From a virus (taxonomy: Duplodnaviria; Heunggongvirae; Uroviricota; Caudoviricetes): DNA of 64,000 bases. The stretch lies in IMG/VR virus record IMGVR_UViG_3300013307_000673; one strand, given 5' to 3'. The translations under genes and the position numbers were made by a program. The notes under the pieces were generated by a model. It made no database searches. It had not been told where the DNA came from and saw nothing but the letters and a program-made list of their open reading frames with translations. Shown here one piece after another: positions 19,383 through 27,938 of the stretch (within the stretch, counting starts at the first letter, position 1; the number at the start of each line of letters is the position of its first letter).

Positions 19383-20843
19383 ATGCACGTTATTAAAAAT
19401 TATTATCTTGAACATTATCTTAACACAATGGAGTCCGCTTTCACTATTTATTCTCAGGATAATAAAAAAGACTTAACTAACCTGATTAAACTCTTTGGAG
19501 TTCGGGGATTTAATCTAGCTAAAACTCTTTTTGTTAAATCTTACTTTTTTGAATATAATCTTTTACCGCTGGCACATAGAAATCTCAGCCACAGTCATTT
19601 ATCAGAAGTTCAGAAAAAAGATGAAAAGTTAGCTCACCTGATAATACGGAGCCAATCTGTTAATGAAATGCTAACGCTGATTAAAGAACGAGAGTCTTCG
19701 TTCTATATCTTGTTTAAAGAGAGCTATAAAAATGCCCATTATTATCTGAAAAAATCGATTTTTGAAGCCAACACCTTACTGACTCAAACCGATCAGGATT
19801 ATAATGATACCTATCTCTGTCAGCAAACAAAGCGCGCCTCAGATTATTACACTCGCTTTTCCGATAATAGTCTTAGAGCCTATGCTTTACTCCAACGTTA
19901 TCAACTTGGCTCTATTCATGCGCCGGAGCATTATAATATAACCAATGAAGCACTTGATGATATTGAACGTGCTTTCAGTAGCCTTGCTGAGCGTTATCAA
20001 AGTCATCATCGTGTTGGCCTATATGGTAATATCCATCTTCACCTCAACACAGATAAAAACTTTCTTATTTATAATACATCTAAGAACTTTAATCAGGATT
20101 ATGGCGCATTCCAGTGCGGTAAAGTCGGGCTTAATCTTAAACGTATTACTCATTGCTTTAATGAAAAACAAGACTTTATTGAGCAACTCCAGAGAACCTA
20201 CCATCATGAGCGATTTCACGCTCTCGACTATTACTTACTTGAATCAATCCGACATGATCAAACGGTCCCTGATGATTTTATAATGGCATCCGACCACGCC
20301 AATCAGTTCGGCCTTAGCAAAGTCTTTAAAACGCTTATAGAGAGCACATTATCAAATAATAATACAAAGCCTTACGAGATGTTTAAGAAGCGCTTAGAGG
20401 AGCTTATAGCACGATTTTTACCTGAAGCATTAACTCTTAATGAAAGAGATAAGAACTCTCTTTATTTAAATCTCTCATCAATGGCGCTTAAGATATTACC
20501 TTCTAATATAGTAATGTATCGCCTGTATTTTTCTGCTATACAAAAACTACTTAATGCTAAAAGTGAACTCATGGGAAAAATACAAGCTTTAGTGCAGTAT
20601 GAGCCTTTTATCTCAGAAATACGCGACATTGATTTATCTTATTACCATTATTTTGATGTAGACATATCCTCATTTTCCAATCTTATAAAAAAAGAAATTG
20701 ATTGCCGTAACCATCGCCAATATAGCTATTTCATGACACCTCATGAGTTTTGCGCACGAATAGCTGATAGCATCTTCTCAGATCCTGAAGTTTCCGGTTA
20801 TTTAATCGAGATAGAAAATCTGCTTTTCTCTGCCAATAAGTAA
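19383..20843 (+). CDS. Hypothetical protein, 486 aa. Start moved to an internal ATG that has a GGAG RBS.
   Basis: AAAAAAGGAGTGTT ATG lies at 19383. The tabled start at 19332 lacks an RBS. This gene is part of a plus-strand island among minus-strand genes. Confidence 0.5.
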   Translation: MHVIKNYYLEHYLNTMESAFTIYSQDNKKDLTNLIKLFGVRGFNLAKTLFVKSYFFEYNLLPLAHRNLSHSHLSEVQKKDEKLAHLIIRSQSVNEMLTLIKERESSFYILFKESYKNAHYYLKKSIFEANTLLTQTDQDYNDTYLCQQTKRASDYYTRFSDNSLRAYALLQRYQLGSIHAPEHYNITNEALDDIERAFSSLAERYQSHHRVGLYGNIHLHLNTDKNFLIYNTSKNFNQDYGAFQCGKVGLNLKRITHCFNEKQDFIEQLQRTYHHERFHALDYYLLESIRHDQTVPDDFIMASDHANQFGLSKVFKTLIESTLSNNNTKPYEMFKKRLEELIARFLPEALTLNERDKNSLYLNLSSMALKILPSNIVMYRLYFSAIQKLLNAKSELMGKIQALVQYEPFISEIRDIDLSYYHYFDVDISSFSNLIKKEIDCRNHRQYSYFMTPHEFCARIADSIFSDPEVSGYLIEIENLLFSANK

Positions 20844-20899
20844 ATTTGTTTTTAACTGTTGTGTATTTTATACTCAACATACTTAACAGGAGATATTCT

Positions 20900-21469
20900 A
20901 TGAACACTATTTTATTTATAGTCAAAGACAATGATTTGCATGTGCTAAAATCCTTCGATCCAGAAGATTTCTTTAATGAATACCAAAAAGATCCTGAGCA
21001 ATTTCATCGTAGCGTTCTTTTTTCTTCAAAAATCTCTCATGATAGCCTTAGCAGCATGGTTATTAATGGTAATGGCTTCACGTATCTCCATCATAATGAT
21101 TTTGATCTCTTTGAGGCATTTAAAGAAGATTTACCTACTGATGAAAGTGCAACAGCTTTAATGGGGAGACCCTATAAAGATTACCCACAGAAAGCCAGTA
21201 GATCAGGCGTTCATTTGTTTGCATTCTCTGAGTCTGACATAGAAGATTATAAGAAAGACAAAAGCTTATTTAATCGGGTTGTAGCCCACGCTAAAAAACT
21301 TAAATCAGAAAGCACTATTGTTGATGATGATTTTATTAGTGCAAGAATACTGAATATAAAAGAAAGTCCGATTACTTATCTGGCTTATATACCAAAAGAG
21401 TATGCTTTATGGCTTCAGGTTAATAAACAACTTATTACTTTTTGCGCCAATAAGAACATCGATATTTAA
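20900..21469 (+). CDS. Hypothetical protein, 190 aa. Start moved to an internal ATG that has an AGGAG RBS.
   Basis: AACAGGAGATATTCT ATG lies at 20900. The tabled start at 20846 has no RBS. Followed by bidirectional terminator 21471-21502. Confidence 0.5.
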   Translation: MNTILFIVKDNDLHVLKSFDPEDFFNEYQKDPEQFHRSVLFSSKISHDSLSSMVINGNGFTYLHHNDFDLFEAFKEDLPTDESATALMGRPYKDYPQKASRSGVHLFAFSESDIEDYKKDKSLFNRVVAHAKKLKSESTIVDDDFISARILNIKESPITYLAYIPKEYALWLQVNKQLITFCANKNIDI

Positions 21470-21499
21470 AAAGAAAAAGGCGATCTCTCGCCTTTTTAG

Positions 21500-22123
21500 T
21501 TATTTTCCTGCCTGATATTCCTGCTGGAGCTTTCTTACACGCTCAAGCTCACTTTCTTCATGAACTACACCGCCTGTGTTAAGATCCAGATAGAACTGAA
21601 TCAAGTCACCGTAATCTTTCACATCATAGATCTGGAACAGGAGATGCTTACGGCGCGGCGAGAAGGCTGTTTTAAGCAGTGAAGCCTCATCATATCGCCC
21701 ACCGAAAATCTTAAACTTGCCATCCATGAAATCCACAACGGCAGTTAAACGCTGCAGGCCATCCACACAGAACATATCGTAGCCATGCATTCCCGTCGCC
21801 TCAGCACTGAAATCATGAAACTTGGCGCAGTTAAACTTGATTTCAAGTGGCGCGGTTCCGCGAAGCAAATTTTCAACATATCCAATCTGTTTTTCACGCG
21901 ACCACACATGCCCGCGCTGGAAATCAGGATTTAGGTTAAACACGCCACCATCCAGCTCCGCTTGCTCAGCCTGACGTGCAAGCTCACGTTTTACATTATG
22001 GAGATCGACAGACACACTGTAGTTGCAGGTGCGCATAGGCCGGATAATACGATAAAGCTCGCGCTCTTCTTCACTGAGTCCAGCCCAATGTGAAGGACTA
22101 ACACCAAATTGTTCTTTTTCCAT
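21500..22123 (-). CDS. DUF262 (ParB/sulfiredoxin-fold, GmrSD N-terminal-like) domain protein, about 207 aa.
   Basis: Motifs NPDFQRGHVW and VDGLQRLTAV (the DGQQR signature of DUF262). Start moved to MMEKEQ, which has a GGTGA RBS. The tabled start at 22186 overlaps a TTGCTT-17-TATAAT promoter. Confidence 0.55.
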   Translation of the reverse strand: MEKEQFGVSPSHWAGLSEEERELYRIIRPMRTCNYSVSVDLHNVKRELARQAEQAELDGGVFNLNPDFQRGHVWSREKQIGYVENLLRGTAPLEIKFNCAKFHDFSAEATGMHGYDMFCVDGLQRLTAVVDFMDGKFKIFGGRYDEASLLKTAFSPRRKHLLFQIYDVKDYGDLIQFYLDLNTGGVVHEESELERVRKLQQEYQAGK

Positions 22124-22157
22124 CATAATCACCATAGAGTTCATTAATATGGTTGTC

Positions 22158-22186
22158 ATTATACAGACATCAGAAATCCAAAGCAA
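22158..22186 (-). promoter_or_regulatory. Sigma70-like promoter (TTGCTT-N17-TATAAT) for the DUF262 gene.
   Basis: Hexamers with exact 17-nt spacing immediately downstream of terminator 22188-22212. This implies the real CDS start is downstream of the tabled one. Confidence 0.5.
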
Positions 22187-22214
22187 TAAAAAAGGCCGCT
22201 AAGCGACCTTTCTT

Positions 22215-22364
22215 TTAATAAACTTCCTCAAGCTCCAACTCTTCGCGACGACCTCGCACTGTCTTATTCATCTTTTTATTATCGCGCTTAGCCACCACTT
22301 CTTTACGAGCCATTTTCTTTGATTTCTCAAATTTTTCTACGCGGATAGAAGAAGAGTTTAACAT
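22215..22364 (-). CDS. Small basic protein (49 aa, MLNSSSIRVEKFEKSKKMARKEVVAKRDNKKMNKTVRGRREELELEEVY). Paralog of 27693..27842.
   Basis: Not in the ORF table. AAGGATG RBS. Shares the (I/V)RVEKF(E/G)K motif and K/R-rich composition with the second copy. Terminator downstream. Confidence 0.4.
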   Translation of the reverse strand: MLNSSSIRVEKFEKSKKMARKEVVAKRDNKKMNKTVRGRREELELEEVY

Positions 22365-22487
22365 TTTATCATCCTTATTTATCTATTTAAAAACATGGGC
22401 CTAAGCCCTAATCAGTGAAATAAGTATAGCAATCACCTTTTTGAGGTTCAAGCATTATTTGAAAGCGCCGTGTTCGTTTGCTTGTTT

Positions 22488-22916
22488 TTACGCCAACACT
22501 TTCTCAAAAAACTCAGACGCGCTTACTTTTACGGGCTTGCCTTTAATGTAATACGCAATGGGATCATCCGACAAGTCGCTTACACGCCTGTCTCCAAAGA
22601 GTGTGATAAATGTTTCCGACTCTGAGAGGTCTGAAAGAATCACTGATTCATCATAGCAGTCATCCACAAAAATACTTTTCAAGGATAAGGCTGCCTTAAT
22701 ATCATGAATGGTTCTTACCTCATGACGTGTATAAGGTGTCGCCCACAACATGGAATCTGGATTAATCATTGTATCATTATGATCGTGTTGTGTTATCAGC
22801 AGATTCCCATCAACCGAGAAGAAATCCCTGATATAGTCTTCGCCTTTATAGTCAGGCATATCAGGATCAACCAAAGTTAATGTATAGCTATATTTTTCTG
22901 GATTTTTTAGAAACAT
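22488..22916 (-). CDS. Hypothetical acidic protein, 142 aa.
   Basis: Complete ORF overlapping the upstream kinase gene by 29 nt (operon). Confidence 0.5.
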   Translation of the reverse strand: MFLKNPEKYSYTLTLVDPDMPDYKGEDYIRDFFSVDGNLLITQHDHNDTMINPDSMLWATPYTRHEVRTIHDIKAALSLKSIFVDDCYDESVILSDLSESETFITLFGDRRVSDLSDDPIAYYIKGKPVKVSASEFFEKVLA

Positions 22917-23334
22917 TTTGACTTCCTTTATAAACGGGAATTAACTCTTGCTTATTCAGATCATAGTTCTCAGCATAGCAGCGAGACAGATGCTTCACGA
23001 AATGAATATCGATTTTTCTTTGATCTTGACGCGCCTCAACATTTTTCCAGCACGCCTCTAAATCATTTTCAAAGAAGCGCCATTCAAATGACTCAACGGT
23101 AAAATCTGGCCCCAGCATCTTCCTCAAAGAAGCCTCAGCCCTCTCCTGAGTAGCCATACACAAAGTAGGATCGGCAATATACAGGACTGACTCTGGATTT
23201 TCTTTGAAATCAGCAAGTCTCTCCAAGTGGATGGAGAAATCATCAATACAAAAACCATCATTTATTTGCTCAAGTAAAGTTGTCTTCCCTGCTCCGGGTA
23301 AGCCAACAATGAAGACAACTTTGATATTCATCAT
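22888..23334 (-). CDS. P-loop NTPase / small nucleotide-kinase-like protein, 148 aa.
   Basis: Walker A motif VFIVGLPGAGKTTLLEQI at the N-terminus. Size and layout resemble small nucleoside or polynucleotide kinases. Confidence 0.55.
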   Translation of the reverse strand: MMNIKVVFIVGLPGAGKTTLLEQINDGFCIDDFSIHLERLADFKENPESVLYIADPTLCMATQERAEASLRKMLGPDFTVESFEWRFFENDLEACWKNVEARQDQRKIDIHFVKHLSRCYAENYDLNKQELIPVYKGSQNVSKKSRKI

Positions 23335-23338
23335 TTTC

Positions 23339-23692
23339 TCACTTGAATACTGATTTCAAAGCATCTAAAAGATATTGGGTATTCAGGCGTTTTACGCTAT
23401 AATATTCATAGCCGTAGTAATTATCTACATGATCAGTCCCATCATCCCACAGACCTTTACTCTCCAAACGTTTATACTGAAGGAATGTGATATCTGGGCA
23501 AATAACCTCAAGCACATCGATCCATTCTTCAGGATCATGCAAAGGCTCTGATTCAGCTTGAATTAGGGATGTACTGCCAACCATACCTCCAATAATCCAT
23601 TTCTTTTCAATAGGGAACACCTTACGCCCCAGCGCTTCCTCAACCAGTTTTTCCAACTCTTTAGCACTTTTAATGCCATGAATATCAATCAT
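23339..23692 (-). CDS. Hypothetical protein, 117 aa. Shorter paralog of 23773..24321.
   Basis: Shares KKW..GG......E.EP......DVLE...PD.T.....R block with the 182-aa neighbour. Confidence 0.5.
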   Translation of the reverse strand: MIDIHGIKSAKELEKLVEEALGRKVFPIEKKWIIGGMVGSTSLIQAESEPLHDPEEWIDVLEVICPDITFLQYKRLESKGLWDDGTDHVDNYYGYEYYSVKRLNTQYLLDALKSVFK

Positions 23693-23772
23693 GTTAACCT
23701 CAGTATGTTATGTGCAATAAAAAAAGCATACCAGAAACTGATATGCTTTTCTATTACTATCTTAGCAATGCT

Positions 23773-24321
23773 TTAACTGAATGTCTTTCTCAAAGATTCA
23801 AGTAAACTTTGCGTTTCATACTCATGAATCATGACATTGTAATTATCATAATAATAGCCCATTTCTGTATCGGTATACTCTGAATACTCCAGGCCTGATA
23901 ACACACGCTCTATCTGTATCGCCGTCATGTCAGGACGCAAAAACTCAAGCACATCTAACAGACCTTCCGCGTATTTAGGTTCACGCTCTGCTTCTAATAC
24001 AGTTTCTCCACCATAGCCATCAGCACCTGTTCCACCAGTTTTCCATTTTTTCTTCAGAGGGAACAAGCCGGGACGATCCAGCTCTTTTTCGATATAGCCT
24101 TCAAAATGCGCTTCAGAAATAAATGAATGAACATCAATCAAGCCGTCAGCATTTTTTCTCACTGGCAACTCGCGCTCATTTGGATGATTGCGCCCCATAC
24201 TGCTACGTTCAACACCTGCAGCCGACAGTTTTTCCATCTCCTCTACTAACAGCTCACCTTCAGATTTCGCATAAACAAACTCTTCAGTTATTTTAGGACG
24301 CTTTTTCGTTGTCGTATTCAT
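23773..24321 (-). CDS. Hypothetical protein, 182 aa. Paralog of 23339..23692 with an N-terminal extension.
   Basis: Shares the C-terminal 120-aa domain with the neighbouring gene. Terminator 23712-23750 lies between them. Confidence 0.5.
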   Translation of the reverse strand: MNTTTKKRPKITEEFVYAKSEGELLVEEMEKLSAAGVERSSMGRNHPNERELPVRKNADGLIDVHSFISEAHFEGYIEKELDRPGLFPLKKKWKTGGTGADGYGGETVLEAEREPKYAEGLLDVLEFLRPDMTAIQIERVLSGLEYSEYTDTEMGYYYDNYNVMIHEYETQSLLESLRKTFS

Positions 24322-24433
24322 TTTTATATCCTCTTATATAATAATAGCATAATAACATAAATAATATTCTAATCGCAAATAAAAAAGGCACACCGCGAAA
24401 GTATGCCTTTTAGAAATAATCATGATTAAGGAT

Positions 24434-24994
24434 TTAATAAAATGAAAAAACAATCGTTGAGCTTGTTCCCGCAGAGTTACATGCTGTCGCCGCATTTGCT
24501 ACACTCCAGTCAACATTAGATAAATCACTTTTAGCATAACTACCGCCTATGTTAACCATAGACATACTTGGAGCAACTGCTGTTACAAGCTTAACGCAAG
24601 CATCTTGAGGGACGTTGGCATAACTTATATTGAACACAACCTTACCATAGGAAGCATAATTTGTAGCAGACAACTTTACTTTACCTTTAAAACCATTAAC
24701 CACATCTGATACTGTTCCACCACTTTGAACTAACATATTATCAGGAAATATTTGCGCATTTATTCCTACTGTATTATTTACTGTTGTTATATTCGTTGTG
24801 GATGAATATAAAGCCAGTAATCCTGCTCTAATGGTCGCAATATTTTTAGATTCAGCGTCAACTATTTGCGAAGTTCTTACTTTAGGATAAACAATAAAAG
24901 CCGCCACTATTAGCGCCGCTATTATTCCTAAAACCAATAATAACTCTAACAAAGAAAATCCTTTTAACTTTCTATTCCTAATAAAAATCTTCAT
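24434..24994 (-). CDS. Type IV pilin / pseudopilin-like protein, 186 aa.
   Basis: Class III prepilin leader MKIFIRNRKLKG|FSLLELLLVLGIIAALIVAAF, with Gly at -1, Phe at +1 and Glu at +5. C-terminal Cys pair (DACVKL...ATACNS), typical of the pilin disulfide loop. Confidence 0.7.
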   Translation of the reverse strand: MKIFIRNRKLKGFSLLELLLVLGIIAALIVAAFIVYPKVRTSQIVDAESKNIATIRAGLLALYSSTTNITTVNNTVGINAQIFPDNMLVQSGGTVSDVVNGFKGKVKLSATNYASYGKVVFNISYANVPQDACVKLVTAVAPSMSMVNIGGSYAKSDLSNVDWSVANAATACNSAGTSSTIVFSFY

Positions 24995-25102
24995 TTATAC
25001 TTTCTTCCTTATTGTTAATGAAATACAATTCGAAAGTAATAAAAAAAATACAATATAACAATAGCTATACATAATTATTTTTAATGTATTTGAATAATAC
25101 AA

Positions 25103-25130
25103 ATAAAAAAGCACCCGAAGGTGCTTAATA
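25103..25130 (-). terminator. Intrinsic terminator (AGCACC-CGAA-GGTGCT).
   Basis: GC stem with a T-run on the minus strand, downstream of 25156..25341. Confidence 0.65.
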
Positions 25131-25155
25131 TAAACTAATGTTTCATTTTTTATGT

Positions 25156-25341
25156 TTACGGCATGAAAGCCATGATCACACAGCAGATCACAAAAGAAAT
25201 AGAACCTCCTTGAAGAAAGCGAATAACATTATCAGCAACGTTAATTACCGGATCATCTATAGCCATGAAGCCACCTATTAAAAACGATGCAAACAACAAC
25301 ATTATTTTGAACCACGAACACTCCAAGTTTCCAAATGTCAT
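25156..25341 (-). CDS. Small membrane protein, 61 aa.
   Basis: Two hydrophobic helices (IMLLFASFLIGGFMAI, SISFVICCVIMAF). The overlapping plus-strand ORF 25265..25468 is rejected. Confidence 0.4.
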   Translation of the reverse strand: MTFGNLECSWFKIMLLFASFLIGGFMAIDDPVINVADNVIRFLQGGSISFVICCVIMAFMP

Positions 25342-25428
25342 TTTTATCCTTGCCTTATCACTTGATTTTAAAAGCTATTCTAGCATCACTAACTATGATT
25401 GCATAGCGAAATCTTTTTTATTTTGGTT

Positions 25429-25456
25429 TTTAGTTGGCTGGAAAGCGTGTTATACT
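25429..25456 (+). promoter_or_regulatory. Sigma70-like promoter (TTTAGT-N16-TATACT) for the ferredoxin gene.
   Basis: Hexamers 25429-25434 and 25451-25456. A GAGGAG RBS lies 8 nt before the ATG at 25481. Confidence 0.45.
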
Positions 25457-25480
25457 ATGAACACTTAATGAGGAGTACGT

Positions 25481-25720
25481 ATGAGAAACATTCATGTCAA
25501 AATAACCGACTTTAATCACACATCGTTGCTTCACTATCTTTTAGCTAAAGAAATCATTGTAGAGTTTAATTGCATGGATGGATTTTGTGGCGCTTGCCAC
25601 AGCAAACTGATCTCAGGAGAGATTATGATGGTCAAAGATGACTTGGCTTATAAACCATCAGGGGATTTCCTGCTATGTTGCGCTGTGCCTAAAACCGATA
25701 TTGAGATCGCTATATATTAA
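25481..25720 (+). CDS. yfaE: YfaE-like 2Fe-2S ferredoxin, 79 aa (class Ia RNR maintenance ferredoxin family).
   Basis: Cys pattern C-x4-C-x2-C...CC. Block-wise similarity to E. coli YfaE (VEYQCREGYCGSCRTRLVAGQV vs VEFNCMDGFCGACHSKLISGEI; ILPCCCRAKGDIEIE vs LLCCAVPKTDIEIA). Confidence 0.6.
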   Translation: MRNIHVKITDFNHTSLLHYLLAKEIIVEFNCMDGFCGACHSKLISGEIMMVKDDLAYKPSGDFLLCCAVPKTDIEIAIY

Positions 25721-25738
25721 AAAAGCCTCCGAAGAGGC

Positions 25739-26011
25739 TTAGATTTGACCAATAAGCTCAGCACTCTCTGCCTCGCCTAAGTTATGTTTTAACATGGCCT
25801 TAAACACATCAGCATCTGACATATTTCTCAAAAACTGGTTTAGATAACGAACTACCTGCTCGCCTTTTTCTGATACTGACAAAGAAATTGTGTTTAATGT
25901 TTCGCCGTATTCCAACACCATTTCATATTTCTTATTACCTGACTCTACACACTTTACCTTTTTCATATTAAAAACCTGATCTGACTTAAAGGTTTTCAGT
26001 ATATCAGGCAT
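25739..26011 (-). CDS. Hypothetical protein, 90 aa from the internal ATG, translationally coupled to the upstream small gene.
   Basis: The tabled ORF starts with GTG at 26059. The ATG at 26011 overlaps the TGA of the upstream 49-aa ORF (ATGCCTGA). Confidence 0.45.
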   Translation of the reverse strand: MPDILKTFKSDQVFNMKKVKCVESGNKKYEMVLEYGETLNTISLSVSEKGEQVVRYLNQFLRNMSDADVFKAMLKHNLGEAESAELIGQI

Positions 26012-26153
26012 CTTTTTTAGCTTCAAGCTCTTTTTTTGACCACTCACGTCTTTCTTCACGATTTAGACCATGAGGAACTTCTACAGAAGGCTCCTGAGCA
26101 ATCTCTGTCAGGCGCTCAAGTTCTTCTTGTGTTAGCACATATTGCTCAGACAT
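26004..26153 (-). CDS. Small acidic protein (49 aa, MSEQYVLTQEELERLTEIAQEPSVEVPHGLNREERREWSKKELEAKKDA).
   Basis: Not in the ORF table. Strong AGGAGA RBS. Its stop overlaps the start of the downstream gene. Confidence 0.45.
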   Translation of the reverse strand: MSEQYVLTQEELERLTEIAQEPSVEVPHGLNREERREWSKKELEAKKDA

Positions 26154-26222
26154 ATCTTTCTCCTATTATTAACACAGGTATTTTATCACATGAAATATAA
26201 AAAAAAAGCCCCGCAGGGCCTT

Positions 26223-26582
26223 TTACAACATCTTAACTGTAAGCACGTAAAACGTGTCATACTCAGCAGAAACATAGTTGCCAAATTTGTTAGGCTGACC
26301 TGTATAATCCTGCAGTTCTTCTTCCTGTTTCATCTCAACAGAGAATCCTGATCCATGATAAGCATCCTGAAGTTCCTTCAGATCATTTTCACGCAGCGGT
26401 TTGGTCATTTTTACTTTAGCTACAACCTCGCCGGAAGCAATCGCCTGCTTCATTTGATCCATTTTGTTTTTAAGTTTCGTCTCGATATTATTAAACGCCG
26501 CATTGAGACTGCCAAATTTTTCATTCTCGATAGCTTCATTTTTTACTTTCAGATCATTTGCAGAAACAGATGGTTTTAACAT
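26223..26582 (-). CDS. Hypothetical coiled-coil protein, 119 aa.
   Basis: Complete ORF. Antisense ORFs 26142..26351 and 26355..26579 are rejected. Confidence 0.5.
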   Translation of the reverse strand: MLKPSVSANDLKVKNEAIENEKFGSLNAAFNNIETKLKNKMDQMKQAIASGEVVAKVKMTKPLRENDLKELQDAYHGSGFSVEMKQEEELQDYTGQPNKFGNYVSAEYDTFYVLTVKML

Positions 26583-26676
26583 AGTTGTATCCTCATTGAT
26601 TGTTTAGTATATTATACTATTATAAAAAATGATAAGCAAAATATCTTTACCTGTTTAGTATAATTAACACGGCTTT

Positions 26677-27147
26677 TTAAGCAACATTCGTAAGGCATCG
26701 ACCGATATGTCTTTCAACAAAGAACACATGATCACGCCATGAGACAGGTTTAAACCTGATCAGATCTTCATCAACCTCGCTCTGATGAAACTCTGCAATA
26801 TGCATTCTTATTTGATCCATCTTATCAGAGGTGGTAAATATTTTGAAGCTCGCCGCCTCAATATCATAGATCAGTTCATTTTTCTTCAAAAAATCAAAAA
26901 AGACATTGAGATCTTTTGTCGCTTTGAAATGAACGATAATAACATTCAGGTTTTGCGTATCCCATAAGAAACCATGTTCTTTTAGAGCACACTGCGCCTC
27001 TTTGATTAGACTAATACGCTCTGGCTCATAAAGAGCTGCCATTTCTTGAACACCTTTACTTTTTTCAGATATTCGCAAGCGGGCCTCTTGATCCTTTTTC
27101 TCGATTTCCGCATAAATACGTTTAATACTTGTCATTTCCTCAAACAT
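26677..27147 (-). CDS. Hypothetical protein, 156 aa.
   Basis: Complete ORF. Terminator 27161-27195 lies upstream on the minus strand. Confidence 0.5.
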   Translation of the reverse strand: MFEEMTSIKRIYAEIEKKDQEARLRISEKSKGVQEMAALYEPERISLIKEAQCALKEHGFLWDTQNLNVIIVHFKATKDLNVFFDFLKKNELIYDIEAASFKIFTTSDKMDQIRMHIAEFHQSEVDEDLIRFKPVSWRDHVFFVERHIGRCLTNVA

Positions 27148-27192
27148 TTTTTCTCTCCTGATATGAAAAAAGCACCTTTCGGTGCTTTCTTT

Positions 27193-27618
27193 TTATACTG
27201 AACCTTGCTCGATAATAACTTTATCATCACTTAATGCTTTATTGGCGTGAGCATCTTTGCAAGCACCAAAGAAAAAATCGTGCGCATACATGCCATTGCC
27301 TACATTAAATAAAAACAAGAACTTTTCTTGATCTTCTTTGATAATACGAAATACTACGGCATCAACACAGGTAAATGTTTTTGTATCATAGTCTTTCCAT
27401 TCACAGTAAGAAGTGTCGAATACCCACCCTTCCATGTCAAAGTCAATCTTACTCACAACATCTTCATCTTCTGATAACGCTTCAGCATCATCAATACAGT
27501 CGTTATCTTTAAAATACCAACCGAAGTTTTCACAGCATTGGAACTCTGTATTAAAACCAACGAAGATGTCATTTTCGTCAATAAAGTTCTCAGAGTGCTC
27601 GTAATCTACTTTAATCAT
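27193..27618 (-). CDS. Hypothetical acidic protein, 141 aa (D/E-rich, several Cys).
   Basis: Complete ORF with GGAGAG RBS. Confidence 0.5.
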   Translation of the reverse strand: MIKVDYEHSENFIDENDIFVGFNTEFQCCENFGWYFKDNDCIDDAEALSEDEDVVSKIDFDMEGWVFDTSYCEWKDYDTKTFTCVDAVVFRIIKEDQEKFLFLFNVGNGMYAHDFFFGACKDAHANKALSDDKVIIEQGSV

Positions 27619-27692
27619 TTTTTCTCTCCTAATAGTTTAAATATACCAATTCAGACTATTTAAGAGAAGGCTGCCGGAGCAGCCCTTACATC

Positions 27693-27842
27693 TTAGAAAC
27701 CGCTTTGCTCGTCATCACGACGTTTGCCACGTTTAACTTTACCTTTCTTACGTGAGTCCTGCTTACCGCCAAACTCACCACCACGACTATCACGTTTATC
27801 TTTACCGAACTTTTCTACACGAACGCCAGCAGAGCCTTGCAT
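27693..27842 (-). CDS. Small basic protein (49 aa, MQGSAGVRVEKFGKDKRDSRGGEFGGKQDSRKKGKVKRGKRRDDEQSGF). Paralog of 22215..22364.
   Basis: Not in the ORF table. GAGG RBS. Shares the RVEKF(G/E)K motif with the first copy. Terminator 27660-27690 downstream. Confidence 0.4.
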   Translation of the reverse strand: MQGSAGVRVEKFGKDKRDSRGGEFGGKQDSRKKGKVKRGKRRDDEQSGF

Positions 27843-27938
27843 TTTACTAACCTCATTTAATTAAATTTACTTTCATGTTCCGGCTAACCTCACCGTGACA
27901 ACAGTATAGCAGGCCAGAACATGACATTCAACTATTTT

